Source: Mobula hypostoma (Eukaryota). From it: a DNA stretch of 64,000 nt. Made by a program: the position numbers and the translations under genes. The notes under the pieces were generated by a model. It saw only the letters and a list, made by a program, of their open reading frames with translations, was not told the DNA's origin and ran no database searches. This document shows positions 25,359 through 39,024 of this stretch, piece after piece; the stretch's first letter is position 1; each line of letters opens with the position of its first letter. The stretch lies in the NCBI RefSeq assembly GCF_963921235.1, contig NC_086097.1, forward strand, positions 212,352,001 to 212,416,000, read 5' to 3'.

Positions 25359-27322
25359 TAGGAGTATGATTATTAAAGAAGCAATTAAAAATGGTTAGGT
25401 CAAATTCATTGCTATTAGGAACGGCTGCAGCAATGTTCTTGGGATAAGGTGAAAGGCATCCAGCAAACAATTTGCCGCTCTAACACACTATTTTTGTTAT
25501 TACGTGGCAGGACTCCAACAAGCGTGGAGATTTCCCATTAATTTCAGTTTTACCGGTCTTGTTTGATATCACATTTAATCAGGTGCTGTATTGACTCTTT
25601 CATAATCTCAGGAATTCAGCTCTTTGTCTATGTTAAGTGATAGTACAGTCTGGAGCTGATTTCTGTTGATGAAATCCGCTGTGTGTATGGATTAACAGTT
25701 CAGTAGTAAGTATCACTTCATAGCATAGTTGACAAAACCTTCCAGCACTCTGTTGTTAGCTGAGCATTAGCCAGTGGGGCAGTTATGGGCTGGAGTGGAT
25801 TCAGACTTTGTGGAAAATGGCCACTTTGGCAGATATATGTCAATATTGCAGCTGCACTGGAGCGTCTGCACCCTGTAGGCTTCAACATTTCTTGGTATCG
25901 TATGGAGAGAATTGGACTAATCGAATAATGATTCTGTTATAGTGGGAACTGGGGGCAGGTCAAAGTATATCAAGCACCTCGCTCTTCTGGATGAAGATAG
26001 CTTTGGTTATTTTGGAACATCCATTCACTTCTGGTATTTGAAGACCCATTCATTTCTAGTGTTTGATAACTCCTTTGAGGTAATTTGATTTCTTATGGCA
26101 CTCCATGCAAATTTTTGGAGCTTGACTCCTGATATTAATCTCCACGTCAATTTTTTCCCATTATATTCTAAGCATTTGTCTCTCTTTAGAAAGGGGATAT
26201 TCTTTCTAATTTGAAACTTCCATACCAAGCCTGCAATGTAGTACTTAAGAATTTTAGAACCTGTTCTCTTGCATCAGTCTTCAAAGATTTCACGCATACT
26301 TTGGTTATAAATCATTTCCCGAAAGCTGGTCAAGTCAAAATAGGTTTCCTCTTTAAATAGAGAAGATTTGCTTTAAATTATGCTCAGTAACTCACGTTAC
26401 TGGATCTCTGCTGAAGTGGACAATGTAAATTATGATTAGAGCCAGCAAGTGACTGTAATCATATTGAAAATGATGGGTTACCTGTATTCCAAGGTACAGA
26501 ATAGATTAATTCCATATTGTAATACCTGCATGTTTTTTCAACAAATGTTGGGTTTATTCAGAAATGAGCCATTGACTCCGCTTGGACAGCAAGAATAATA
26601 TAAAGAAATGATGCCAGGCAAAGGGGCTCCAGCTAGGCAGGCAAGAGGACCAGAAGGCCAGAACACACGCAGTAACAATGACAGCTTCTTGCCATCAGAG
26701 TAAGTAGTCTGTAACCTTTTCCTTTGCAGAAATGGGTTCTTCAACGTCTGAGACAAAGCAACAACTGAATCTGAGATTAGATCACATAGTAAAGAGTTTT
26801 AAATTGAATTTATGCAAGGAGTGATCAAAATATTATACCGTTCGCTCTCTACTTATCAAAAATATTGCTTTAGCTGCACCAAACAGCATTCTGCAAAAGC
26901 ATTGTTCTTGCTCATAAAACCACAGCATTGTAATGTGCTTGGAGCCACTGTTGAAATGAGTAGGAAACTATCAGTCAAGAGTACTATTCTAATTGAGAAA
27001 TTAAAGTGAGCATTGTTTTAGCATAAACTTACATGGCATTAGGTGGTGTGAAGGTGGTTGGGTAGAGACAGTAGGACATGGTTTGCTGTAGAGCCATTTT
27101 CATGCATTAGGCAACCTCCATATTGAAACCCACTTAGCTATGTAACATGCAGATGATCCTTAAATGACTGATAATCAGAAGAATTTTCCTGCTAACAGCA
27201 TTAGTAAAGTGCTCTTAGTAAGAAAAGCAGCTCTTCAGTATTTGAGAGGAGAATTAATTCCTTTCCTCAGACAGAGTGGGTGTAGAGTTAAAATTTAGCA
27301 GCCCGATTCCACACTGTTATTC

Positions 27323-27549
27323 CAAACACAAGAAATTCTGCAAATGCTGGAAATCAGGTCGACACACACAACATGCTGAAGGAACTCACCGGGCTAGGCA
27401 GCATCTATGGGAAAAGGTAAACAGTCAACGTTTTAGGCTGAGACCCTTCATTCTGATGAAGGGACTCGGCCTGTAATATCACCTGCTTACTCTTTTCCAT
27501 GGATGCTGCCTGGCCTGCTGAGTTCCTCCAGCACTTTGTGTGTGTTGCT
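27323..27549. repeat. Short fold-back of two PLE tail fragments joined at the hammerhead core
   Basis: ...ggcagcatctatggg...gagacccttcatt|ctgatgaagggactc...ccatggatgctgcc...; centre at about 27452. Confidence 0.8.
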
Positions 27550-28125
27550 CCCCGTCTCACTATTACTCCCAGGGCTTGCGCAAATGTTGTAATTATAATG
27601 TCCTATTGGACACAGGGTGTGCGGTACATGTTTTATCAAATAAAACTTAATTGGTGACAGGAAGAGGACTAAAAAGATATATTAAATTATTTTAGTGGGG
27701 ATAGAGGTGTGAAACAAGGTGGGTCTCTGGCCCTGGCTAAATTCCTGACTGAGCCATTTACCAATCCCTCCTACATTTCTGTATGTCGGATACCTGAAAT
27801 CTTCTAGTCCTGAAGTTGGTGAGCTGCAATGGAAACCTCCAGGAGACATGCAATTCACCAGATGTGTGTTAATGAAATTGAGCACCTGAAATGATATAGT
27901 CCTCCCATAGGAGGAATTGGGCAGTCATTTCATTCACTACGCAAGCCAATCCTGATGGTTCAATTATTCCTGCAGCTAATTCTGATAACAATGTTAAAAA
28001 TTCACCTTCAATAATGATGCAAAACTAGTACAAGCAGATTAACTAACAAGAGAAAATCTGGAGATGCTGGATACAAAATGCAGGTGGAACTCAGCAGACC
28101 AGGTAGCACCTATGTAAAAGAGTAC

Positions 28126-28161
28126 AGTCGATGTTTCAGGCCAAGATCCTTCATCAGAACT
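28126..28161 (-). ncRNA. Minimal hammerhead ribozyme motif in PLE tail
   Basis: Minus strand agtt-CTGATGA-aggatcttggcct-GAAAC-ATC-gact. Confidence 0.65.
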
Positions 28162-28672
28162 GGAGAAAACGGATAAGAATGTGGGGGGAGGGGAGGAGAG
28201 GAAGAAGTACAAGATAGTAGGTGATAGGTGAAATGGGGGTGGAGGTGAAGTAAAGTGCTGGGAAGTCAATTGATGATAGAGATAAAAGGCTGGAGAAAGG
28301 GGTATCTGATAGGAGAGAACAGAAGCTTGGAAACCATGTGGTACAAGATGGCAGCGAGGACATGGTGAAGACAGGCTGCCCTCTAACTCTTCGACCATGT
28401 GCTCCCCCAGACCAGCTACCACAGCCACATATCCTTCCTAGGAACATGTCTTTGCTGCCCATCTTGTACCACATGGTTTTCAGATCCATTTTCAAGCTTT
28501 TATCCTCTCCTCTCATATTCCCCTTTCTCCAGCCTTTTGTCTTTTTCACCAGTCGACTTCACAGCTCTTTAGTTCACCCGTCCCCCCTCCTGGTTTCACC
28601 TATCACTTACTACCGTGCATTTTTACTCCACTCCCCCCACCTTCTTCCTCAGACTTCTCATCGTTTTTCTTC

Positions 28673-28708
28673 AGTTCTGATGAAGGGTTTTGGCCTGAAA
28701 GGTCGACT
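28673..28708 (+). ncRNA. Minimal hammerhead ribozyme motif in PLE tail (one substitution)
   Basis: agtt-CTGATGA-agggttttggcct-GAAAG-GTC-gact. Confidence 0.55.
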
Positions 28709-30099
28709 GTTTACTCTTTTCCATAGATGCTGCCTGGCCTGCTGAGTTCCTCCAGCATTTTGTGTGGTGTTGCAAGCAGATTAACTGCTCGTTATACTGT
28801 ACACCCCACAACAGATGAGTAATCAAACAGGTGAGTATTGGACAGATTCCCATATATTCCCTTCTACAAGGTAAATTTTACACCTAATGGCTGATTAATT
28901 TTTCTGAGATTGCATTCAAAATATTCTTTTAAGATGCCACCAGATTTGAAATTTTAAGTCTATTATCAAATGTTGTATAAACAATAACAGTGATTACCAG
29001 TGTCACTTTCGCTTTTTAGTCCAATAAAATAAATTTAATCACTGATGGACATTTAGTGCTGGTGCTGATGTGAAGTGCTTATGAAACAAAATGGCTCAAC
29101 ATCACCACAGTACTTTGCTTTTGTGGATGAACATGGATTTCGTCCATTTATGGTACCTGAATACACAAGCTCAATGTGTAATGGCCATATGTTTTCAATA
29201 TTAAGTGTGATTAGTTGAATCACAGAAAACATAATTCTTTAAAACACTTGCAGTATATGGATGTTAAAATATATTGCAGTAATCATATATCTGATCTCAA
29301 GTAAAGCGAGTCGGTAGAAATAAAATGAGAAAGCTGTGATCCCTTGTCTGTCTGCTGTCTGAGCACCGATGAAGAGTAAATGATTTGATTGACTTGACTG
29401 GACATAATATTAATGGAATTACTGACAGCACAGAGAAAAAGACATTGGTTTCTGGGCTCAAAGGATTTGTCAGCTGCCTCAGAAGCATGATTCTAGCTCT
29501 TCACAATCTTGCTGCTCCTAATTCAGCAGGACAGGCACATAATTAAAGCAAATTAACTATTTACAAATGCCACTAGTACCAGGGGAAGGACAACATCAGC
29601 AGGAAGAATAAGTGGGAAATTAAATTCTTCTCACTCTGTCAGCTCTGCCCTCATATAGCATATTAGCGGTAATTTCGTGAAGTATCAAACGCTGAATAAA
29701 TACCATAGGTAAAATAATTAGGTTTTGCTATTGAGTTAAACTGTTTGAGTTAAGGTTACTGAATATAAATTACGCAGCTGAAAGCAAGCATATGTTGCAG
29801 CGCTCAACAATTGCTGATGTTACCTGATCATTAATTTGTGGATCAGTAAATTAATCCATGGCAATCAGCTACTTCTGCAGCTGGTTTTATGGTTTGAAAT
29901 AAAGAAAATCACAGCCTGTAAGAGGGGGAATGCTTTCCGATATGACCTTTAACTGGTTATCTGAAATAAACCACATCAACTGTATACTAAAGAATTTTTA
30001 ATGGAATTAATTAGAAAGCATACTTCAAGAAAAATATGAGCTGCATTGGTATGACCACAGATCTCAGAAAAGAAAATGAGGAAGACAGCTAAAAAATAT

Positions 30100-30300
30100 G
30101 TTGCATTATACATACAAGATGGAGGATAATGTGAAGGAGGAAAGAGTGAAGGAGTGGAAAAGAAGAGACTGGAAAAGAAGAAAGTGATGGAGGAAAGGCA
30201 AAAGTGGAATGGAGTATTTGGAGGCAGTGAAAGAAATAGGTAATTGTGGAGAGGAGATAGAATTTGAAAAAAGTACAAATGCGGAAAGGAGTAAAGTTAA
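30100..30300. repeat. Purine-rich low-complexity tract
   Basis: About 200 bp of mostly G/A on the + strand. Confidence 0.6.
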
Positions 30301-31191
30301 GAATTTGTTACAAATTGCATATTAGCAGCCGAGTGTGACGGATTGCCTATGCAAACCATTTTTTTAATACGAATGTTTATATTTGTTTTTCTGAACAGGG
30401 TACAAGCTGATTCAGTGAAGGATCTGTGACTTAAAATATGGATTTTCATTTGATTCTATCTCATGCTGTTGATATTATCCCAAATGCTGAAGGAATAGCA
30501 TTGTCTCTGCAATTTGATTGCCTTTTGAGCTGATCCTAATTTGCTTTCACGTCGTGGCAACTGTCTGAACACTAGACAATTCTTCAGGGCAGCATTGTTT
30601 CCACTATTTTGTGAAAGCTGCATTTGATTCTCATTACTTGATTCAGTTTAATTAAAAACATAATTGTTAATATCAGTCAAATCTAACAATTTATATGACA
30701 AACAAAAGAGCTTTCAAAGCATTTTAACACTTTACAGTGCTTTACCCATGGTATTTATTTAGCCCTTTTTAGATTATCTATCTCAAAATAAAGGTACTGC
30801 ACTATAATTTTGAAGGTGGATTATATTTTGTGTTTATTTGTACCACGTAAAATGCTCTACTACTTTTACAGTGGTTTACTGCACCTAGCTAATGTGGAGT
30901 TAAGCACACAAATAATGACTTAATTGTAAAACTGTAATACCAACATGATGTCTCACAAGCACAATCACAAGTTGTAAAATTAGGAAAACAATATTGTAAT
31001 TTAATACTAATATTGCTAACAACAGGGCCTCACAATTTTCCTCCCATAAACTGTTTCTATAAGATGGAAAGAGTGTATAATTACATATTAGTTGCTTGAA
31101 CTATTTTTCCCATGGTTTGGCTAAACTATGTAAAAACAAGGCAATTTAAATACATGGAACAGCACATATCAACATAGCATAGATCTGTCCA

Positions 31192-31685
31192 AATCAGAAT
31201 CAGGTTTATATCAATGGGGAAATTGGATGTTATGTGGCAGCAGTACATTTCAATGCATAATTTATAAACTATACTTTATAATATATTTTATAATATACAG
31301 TATATATATAAAATAAATTAAGCAAGTAGTGCAAAAAGAGAGCAAAAAATAGTGAGGTAGTGTTTATGGGTTCATTGTCCATTCAGAAATCTGATGGCAG
31401 AGGGGAAGAAGCTGTTTCTGAAAGCATTGAATGTGTGTCTTCAGGCTCCTGTACCACCTCGTTGATGATGGTAATGAGAAGTGGGCATGATCTTAGTGAT
31501 CAGGGTCCTTAATGATGGATGCCACTTTCTTGAGGCACCACCTTTTGAAGGTATCCTCGATGCTGGGGAGGCTCCATGATGGAGCTGGCTGAGTTTACAA
31601 CTTTCTGGAGCTTTTTCCAGTCCTATGCAGTAGCCCCTCCATACCAGACAGTGATGCATCCAGTTAGAATGCTCTCAACAGAGAG
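31192..31685 (-). mobile_element. Rex1/Babar-like LINE 3' end
   Basis: Minus strand encodes ILTGCITVWYG...KLQKVV...SIIKDP; tail aatcagaatcaggtttat. Related tails lie at about 1930-2140, 17745-18140 and 36470-36665. Confidence 0.7.
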
Positions 31686-33769
31686 CATTTACCACCGAAT
31701 CTGCAGGGCAAACACTTATAAGTGATGTTGAGGTCTAATATAGCCTACCGTTAGTGGGCACATTCCACAGTGTAGATTATTGGATATATTCATAAAGTTT
31801 TGCTCAACCTTGGACATGAGCAGAATCTAAAATTGGAATGCAGATGGCTTTCCACTGTCAGGTCCTAGTAACAAGTTTGCATTTATGTTATGCTGGTGTT
31901 TCAGTGCCAGCTGATCACCATGGATCTAGCAGCACTTCCCAGCGAGCTATTTCCTACTTGTATTTAAATTTGATTTGATAATGCTGCCAGTGTAGTGCGT
32001 TAGGACGTTTTGCCATAATAAAGGCAGACTAAGTTATTCTTGTTAACACAGCCTCACGTAAATCCTGGGGGAGCAGGAATTGTTGGTTTTGATGTGGTTT
32101 TATGTCACAACAAAGGTTCAGAAGGTGGGCAACATTGACATTTGCTGTTCCAGCAGACAACCTGTTCTTTTATCTTCAACACCTTGTAAAAGGCATTCGA
32201 GCATTTACTACCACCCTGGAAACAGGCACTAATCATGGATTTAGCATAATTAGATTCCAAGCTAGTTACCTCTGCTTTCATAAATTGTAGAAGAATACCA
32301 GAACTGCGGTGGATTACATGAATATTTCTTTACATTCAGGTGATGTGACAATAAGACTAAGACACAATGTTATTGCTATATTTTAACACATAAATAACTT
32401 GAAAAATTAAATGCTAAATATGTTTCAAAAAGCTTAAAACACTTCTATTTCTGCTAATATACCAACAGTGCACTGCAAACTTGTCAAAGCTGTCAAAAAG
32501 GAGCATTTTGAGTGATGTTTGCCACACAGATTTTTCCAGGAACCAAGCCAATGTAGAACCTCCCAGAGGGGCTATAATGATGCGAACAATGCAATAACAT
32601 AAGAAAGCAGGAACAAGAAATGACTGTTCATCCCATCCAACTCATCTGCTGTCCAAATTTAAACTACAACCAGGTTAAATCATTTACTTACTTGCCATGC
32701 AAAGCACAGTGTTCCTTAATTTAAAGAACTTGCATTCATACTGCATTAGTTACAGCCTCTAAAGATTTCAAAATACTTCACATTCAATGATTTGACACCT
32801 ACATATTCCTGCAATGTACACAAACACAACAACAAGCATGCAACAAAATCCTGCAAAAAAAGAATTAAATGGCCAACCAGTCTGTATTATGTTGGTTTTG
32901 AAATGGGCTGTAGGAGCTCTTATGCTCTTCCTCAAATAACGAATCTTATATTTCCTCCATAAGCGGGTAGGTGGGTGGGCCTTGACTCAGAATTTTACCA
33001 TCACTGAATGAACAGCATTTCCTCTCTACTACACATTTCTGTCATTTTGACTTTTGGAGTGAGTGTCCATGCACACAGCCATATTTCTTGGCTTAACATT
33101 TTGTTCTCTCAAGCATTTAGAGTGAAATATTTTTAAAAAATCATATATGGGATGTGGGCAATATTGGTTATTCATAAACACAAGAAAGTTAGCGGTTGCT
33201 GGAAATCCAAAGCAACGCACACAAAGTGTTTTTTTTATGGTTTGATACAGCTAAACATCAACTATGATGGTGTTGGACTGGATTTATATATAGAAAAAGA
33301 GTGGTGTATTTCCTTCAGTAAAGTATGGCCAATTGTACAATGTTTTAAAATGAATTCAAAGTTTCAGACTGCAATTGTGGGCCTTTGAACTGACATTTCT
33401 TGGATTTGCTAATCTTGTAATATAATCATAACACTACCCTCTCTAAAATAGTTTGAATCCATAAACTGAATTTAAAGGGAAGAGGATCCTAATTGAAATA
33501 AAGCTGATGCATCATAATTAACAACATTCGGTGACTGTTAGTGAGTAAACACAGCTGTGATGTACATGTTGGAACCTCCCACAAATGGTAAATAAAGTAA
33601 ATGCTCGATTAACCATATTTTCAATAGGATCTGTTAATGTTGCAGTATTAACATGGGCAATTAATCTTCTAGCATCGATATCATAGGATCTTTGATTTTT
33701 AACTGTGAAGTATAGGTAGAAGTCTCATCTAAAGGTAATGAGTTTTGAATGAACTAAACCATGTTATTT

Positions 33770-34062
33770 GAGGCAGAAAAGTGGTACAGCTAGCAGACCT
33801 ACTGCCTTGCAACTCCAGCAACGTGGGTTCAACCTTAACCTCCTCTGCTCTCTGGGTGAAGTTTGCACATTTTCTTTGTGACTACATAGATTTCCACTGG
33901 GTACCCCATAATAATCACATGTCCCAAAGAGAAAAGTGTGTGTAGTTTGGTTAATTGGCCCAGGTGAATTGAACCTAGTGTGTAGAATATTGGGGGAGTC
34001 GATGAGAGTGGGTTGCATAACATGTGATTAGTGTAACTGGTGGTTTGATGGCCAGTGTTGAT
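33770..34062 (+). mobile_element. V-SINE (HE1-like), old
   Basis: gggttcaacc B-box-like motif; gaagtttgcacattttctttgtgact V-domain-like motif. Confidence 0.65.
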
Positions 34063-34084
34063 AGCCCAAAAGAATTAAATGAAA

Positions 34085-36370
34085 AGCTATAGTTCCGAAG
34101 AAGAGAGAGTGTGATACTGGATCACCTCAAAACAGGGCAAGTGACAGAAGTGTACGTAGGGGAACACTTTAGATCTAGTGATCACAATTCTATTAGTTTC
34201 AAGATAACTCTGGAGAAGGATAGGTCTGGTCCTCGGGTAGATTCTAATTTGCAGAAGGTCCAAATTTGGTGGTATCAGAAAGGATCTGCCAAGTGTGGAT
34301 TGGGATAAGTTGTTTTCTGGTAAAGGCATGCTTGGTAATTGTGAAGCCTTCAAAAGTTAAATTTTGAGAGTACAGAGTTTGTATGTTCCTGTCAAAATAA
34401 AAGGCAATGCTAAAGGGTTTTTAGGGAATATTGGCTTTTGAGAGATGTTGAGGCCCTGCTTAAGAACAGGAAGTGCATAGCAAGAATAGGCAGCAAAGAA
34501 CAAATAAGGTCCTTGAGGAGAATAAGAAATGTAAGAAAAAACTTGGAGGAAAATCAAGAGGACTGAAAGAAGGCATGGCTTTGCTCTGGCAGACAAGGTG
34601 CAGGAGAACCCCAAGGGCTTCTGCAGATAGATTAAGAGTAATAGGATACCAAGGAACAAAACTGGTGCCCTAATGATAAGTGTATCATCTATGAATGGAG
34701 TAGAAAGAGATGGGAGAGACCTTAAATTATTTTTTTTTGCTAGGGAAATGGACAGGGTCTATAGAACTGAGGCAAAACAGCAGTGAGATCTTGGAGTATA
34801 TACAGATTACAGAGGAGGTGGTGCTTACAGTCTTGAGGCAAATTAGGATAGATAAATTCCTAGGGTCCGACAAAGGTGATCCCTTGACGTTGTAGGAGGC
34901 TAATGCACACATTGCAGGTGCCCTATCAGAGGTATATAAAACCTGCTTAGCCACGGGCAATGTGCAGGAAGATTGGAGGATTTCAAATGTTGTTCTGCTG
35001 TTTAACAAAGGCTGTAAGAATAAGTTGGGAAATTATAAGCTTGTGAGCCTGACTTGAGTATTGGGTAAGTTACTGGAAGGTTTTCTAAGGAAATGGATAT
35101 ATATTTGGATAGATGGAGACTGATTAGGGATAATCAACATGACTTTGTAGGTGGTGGGCCATAGCTAATCAATTTCATAGAGTTTTTTGAGGAGGTTACA
35201 AGGAAATTTGATGAAGGAAAGGCAGTAGATGTTGTCTACATAGAACTTAGCAAGGTCTTGCATGCGAAGTTGGTCAAGAAGATTCAGTCACCCGGCATTC
35301 AGGATGAGGTAGCCAATTGGATTAGACATTGGCTTTGTGGGAGAAGCCAGAGATTGGTAGTAGGTGGTTGGCTCTCTGACTGGAAGCCTGTGACTAGTGG
35401 AGCTCCACAGGGATCAGTGTTGAGTCTTTTATTGTTTGTCATCAATATCAATGATCTGGATGATGATATAAACTGGATCAGCAAATTTATGAATGATATC
35501 CATTATTGAAAGTGTAGTTAGCAGCAAGGAAGGCTATCAAAACTTACAGCAGGCAATGGACTGAAAAATGGTAGATGAAATTTAATGCACACAAGAGTGA
35601 GGTGTTACACTTTGGGAGGACAAATCAGGGTAGGACTTACACGGTGAATGGTAGGGCACTGAGGAGTGCGGTGGAACAAAGGGATCTGAAATGCATTGTG
35701 AAGAGAGCTTTTGGCATTGTATTTATTGTGAAGAGAGCTTTTGGCACATTAGCCTTCATAAATCAACGTATTGAGTATAGGAATTGGGATGTTATGTTGA
35801 AGTTGCATAAACGCTGGTGAGACCTAATTTGGAGTATTGTTTCCAGTTATGATCACCTACCTACAGGAAAGATATCAATAAGACTGAAAGTATACAGAGA
35901 AAATTTATAAGGATGTTGTTGCGTCTTGAGGATCTGAGATATAGGAAAAGATTGAATAGATTATGTCTTTATTCCCTGAAACATAAGAGAATGAGGGGAG
36001 ATTTGAAAGAGGTATACAAAATTATGAGTGGTATAGATATGGTAAATGCAAGCAGACATTTTCTACTGAGGTTAGGTGACTCTAGGAATAGAGATCATGG
36101 GTTAAGGGCAAAATGAGAAATGTTTAAGGGGAACATGAAAGGGAAGTTCTTCACTTGAGAGTGATGAAAGTCTGGAACGAGCTACCAGCAGAAGTGATGG
36201 ATGTGGGTTCAATTTCAACATTTAAGAGAAGTTGTGATAAGTACATGGATAGGAAGTGTATGGAAGGATATGGACGAGGAGGAGATTGATGGGACTAGGC
36301 AGAATAATAGCCTGGCATGGATTAGATGGGCAGAAGGGTCTGTTTCTGTACTGTAGTGCTCTATGACTGT
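34085..36370 (+). mobile_element. CR1 LINE ORF2, decayed 3' two-thirds
   Basis: GEHFRSSDHNSISF, VTSGAPQGSVL, ININDLD, MKFNAHKSEVLHFGR, RMRGDLKEVYKIM. Confidence 0.92.
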
Positions 36371-37041
36371 GTCTCCTGCCCTAACATAAAGTTATATTCT
36401 CTATTCCAAGTTGAATCACAACTATTTTAAATATTTAAAAAACATCATTTACTTACTTATTTACTTTTATCTCTTTTTTTTGTATTTGCTCAGTTTGTTG
36501 TCTTCTGCACTCTGGTTGAACACCCAAGTTGGGAGGTCTTTCATTGGTTCTGTTATGGTTATTATTCTTTAGATTTATTGAGTATGCCCGCAAGAAAATG
36601 AATCTCAGGTTGTACGTGGTCACATATATGTACTCTGATAATAAATTTACGTTGAACCTTGAACTTCAATTAGGGCAGGGTTTTTTTCACTATTACCCAG
36701 ATTTAGGTGACGGTAAAACTAATCAGAGTGTAAAATCGGAACAGGACACCCCAGCTGCCGTACCCCTATCATTTTCCAACATCATCAGACAAAATGCAGG
36801 ATATCACTTTAGGAGTGATAGGCATTCAGAATGTCTTTCCAAATATGAATGGTTTGACACTAAATCCAAAGCATGAAGCAAGCAGGACTTCCACTTAACT
36901 CGACTTCAACAAACATTTCTTTATTCCAGAGAAATAATCTGTACTTGGCCTACACACAGAAACTTCATGAATTATTTAGGCATTAAACATGTAAATAGAC
37001 ATGAGCTAAATACTAATCAATATGACAAAGCGTGTTCTTAC

Positions 37042-37272
37042 TTGTTTTTGTTCTTCACCTAAACCATCCCACATTGAGGCAACAATCTTTGAAACTTCAC
37101 CAAAAGTGGCATTTGGATTTTGACCTTTGATGGCTGCTTGAGTATCTCGAAAAAATAGAGCATAAGCCGACACTGGCTTCTGGGGTTCATTTGGATCCTT
37201 CTTCTTCTTCTTTTTTGGAGTTTTGGGTTTCTTTCCCACATCGACAGCTGCCCGCTTTTCAGCACCATTCAT
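37042..37272 (-). CDS. TOX: TOX coding exon (exon 5 equivalent; NLS and N-terminal part of HMG box; 231 bp, phase 0-0)
   Basis: [77 protein letters not shown] is the canonical TOX HMG box. cAG acceptor at 37274-37273; GTaaga donor at 37041-37040. Confidence 0.97.
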
Positions 37273-39024
37273 CTGTTTTATGAAAGAATCAGAGACTTCA
37301 ATTAATCAATAGGCCCATTTGCATTTAAATTGATACAATCTTTCTTAATATACTGAGAAGTAGATCAACTATTATCCAGTGACTTAATAATGATTTTATG
37401 GAGTTTCTTGGCGGTATTATAATGTTTTTTTCTATTTTACAGAAAGTTGCTTATGAAACTCTATTAAATCACACTTACATGTTGTGAATTTAAGTAGGTA
37501 AATCAAGTTAGAAAATGTCATTAGAAAATGAGTGCAGTACTCTAAATCCAGAGTACGAATCAAATATTTTTATCTATTGATGTGTTTAGAACTATTCTGT
37601 AATCTGCTATGCAGATATGTTGCCATTAATTTTTTTAGTTATTCTGTCAGCTTATGATATAGAAAAGGTGAGGTAAGCATGCCATACATTCATATGATAA
37701 GTTTAATCAATGTAATTTCTATCCACATCTCAGTTTTGAGGTAATGTTTTTGTCTTGACTGAGCACCCAGTAAAATGGAATAAATCTAATATGACCTACC
37801 TAGAAGTTTGCAGTTATAAATAGACAACCACATTGGTTAATTATGTTACAATAATGTTAAATTATAATTTCCTTCATTGCAAGATGCCAAACGTATAGTC
37901 TACATATGGCCTATTGCTCTCTGAGAAAATGTGGTTAAATATATAATCTACACAGTTGCAATTCTCTTCAATACAACATGAAAAATCAAGCAATATCTGT
38001 ATTCATATGATGTAAACAATGGGTTAAAATTAAAACAATTTTATGATGGCAAACCTTCAACAGCGTTTACTATGACAACAATTTGTTGAATTTTCATGCA
38101 AAATATACTGTGAGATGCTTTGTTCAAAGCAACTGGTATGATCATCTCCTAACGTCGCTGTTTTATTAAAAAATCTTTGGGATTACTGTCCATAAGATAG
38201 CAATGCTGCAATTGGGTGGTAATTATGAGAGAAAAACACATTCACATTTTTGCTTTTGCTCCAGTGTAACATTTCATTCTTTAAAAAGTGTGCAGCAGTT
38301 TAATTTAATAACTAAATAAAATTGAATGTAAATTTTACATCAGAACAACAATGTTAAACATATCCTTTTAGTAGTATTTGCTTTGTTTTCCCTGTCTCTC
38401 CCCTTCCCCTTCTGCAGCTGAAAACTGACTTGTTTTAGCTCTTTCTCAGTTCTGATGAAGGGTCCTTTACTGGAGCATTAACTATGTTTCATTTTCTGTA
38501 CATGTGGCCTGACCAGCTGATTGCTCTGACATTTTCTGTTTCATTGTGAAACCCAAACTATAGCATAGCAGATACACCATGAGTGTCACTCTTAGATATA
38601 TAACCGCTGGTAGATAAATAAAATGTCATTTCCCTCCTGCAGCAGAATTTTGGAAAATTTCATCAAAATGTATATTGAAAGGTTTCCTTAGAATTTTCAA
38701 GAGTGGCAGAATATTTTCCAAAAGATCTGAAAGCAAACATATTAAGTAAAAGATCGAGCAATTTTAAACTCTGCCTCATTGAATATTCAGTGGGAATGTG
38801 TACACTTTCAGCCTGTGAAACCAAATAAGGTATTAGAAAATGCTGAACTTGGTCTTTACTATATATTGACACATGCTCTTTCATAAAGTCTTGGAAATAG
38901 AAATCTTGGCTACTTTTTGATATCTCTCCTTCTTAAGAACATTACTCTACTGTTGTAGTGGTAGAAATAGAGTTAATTGAGAAAATCTGGAATCCTGCAA
39001 TTCAATGTATGAACATGTTCTGCT

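Larger units (their letters stand above)
28044..28772. repeat. Fold-back pair of PLE 3' tails (inverted repeat)
   Basis: Minus-strand tail at about 28044-28365 and plus-strand tail at about 28445-28772. The inner sequence aaaccatgtggtacaagatgg is mirrored by ccatcttgtaccacatggttt. Confidence 0.85.

Noticed and set aside
35695..35750. Tandem duplication attgtgaagagagcttttggca
   Set aside because: Local duplication inside a dead CR1 with no sign of function.
37042..37272. Assignment to TOX2, TOX3 or TOX4
   Set aside because: The HMG box is shared across the family, but the flanking exons ([27 protein letters not shown], CRNPPPQxVDW) fit TOX best. A phylogeny would confirm this.
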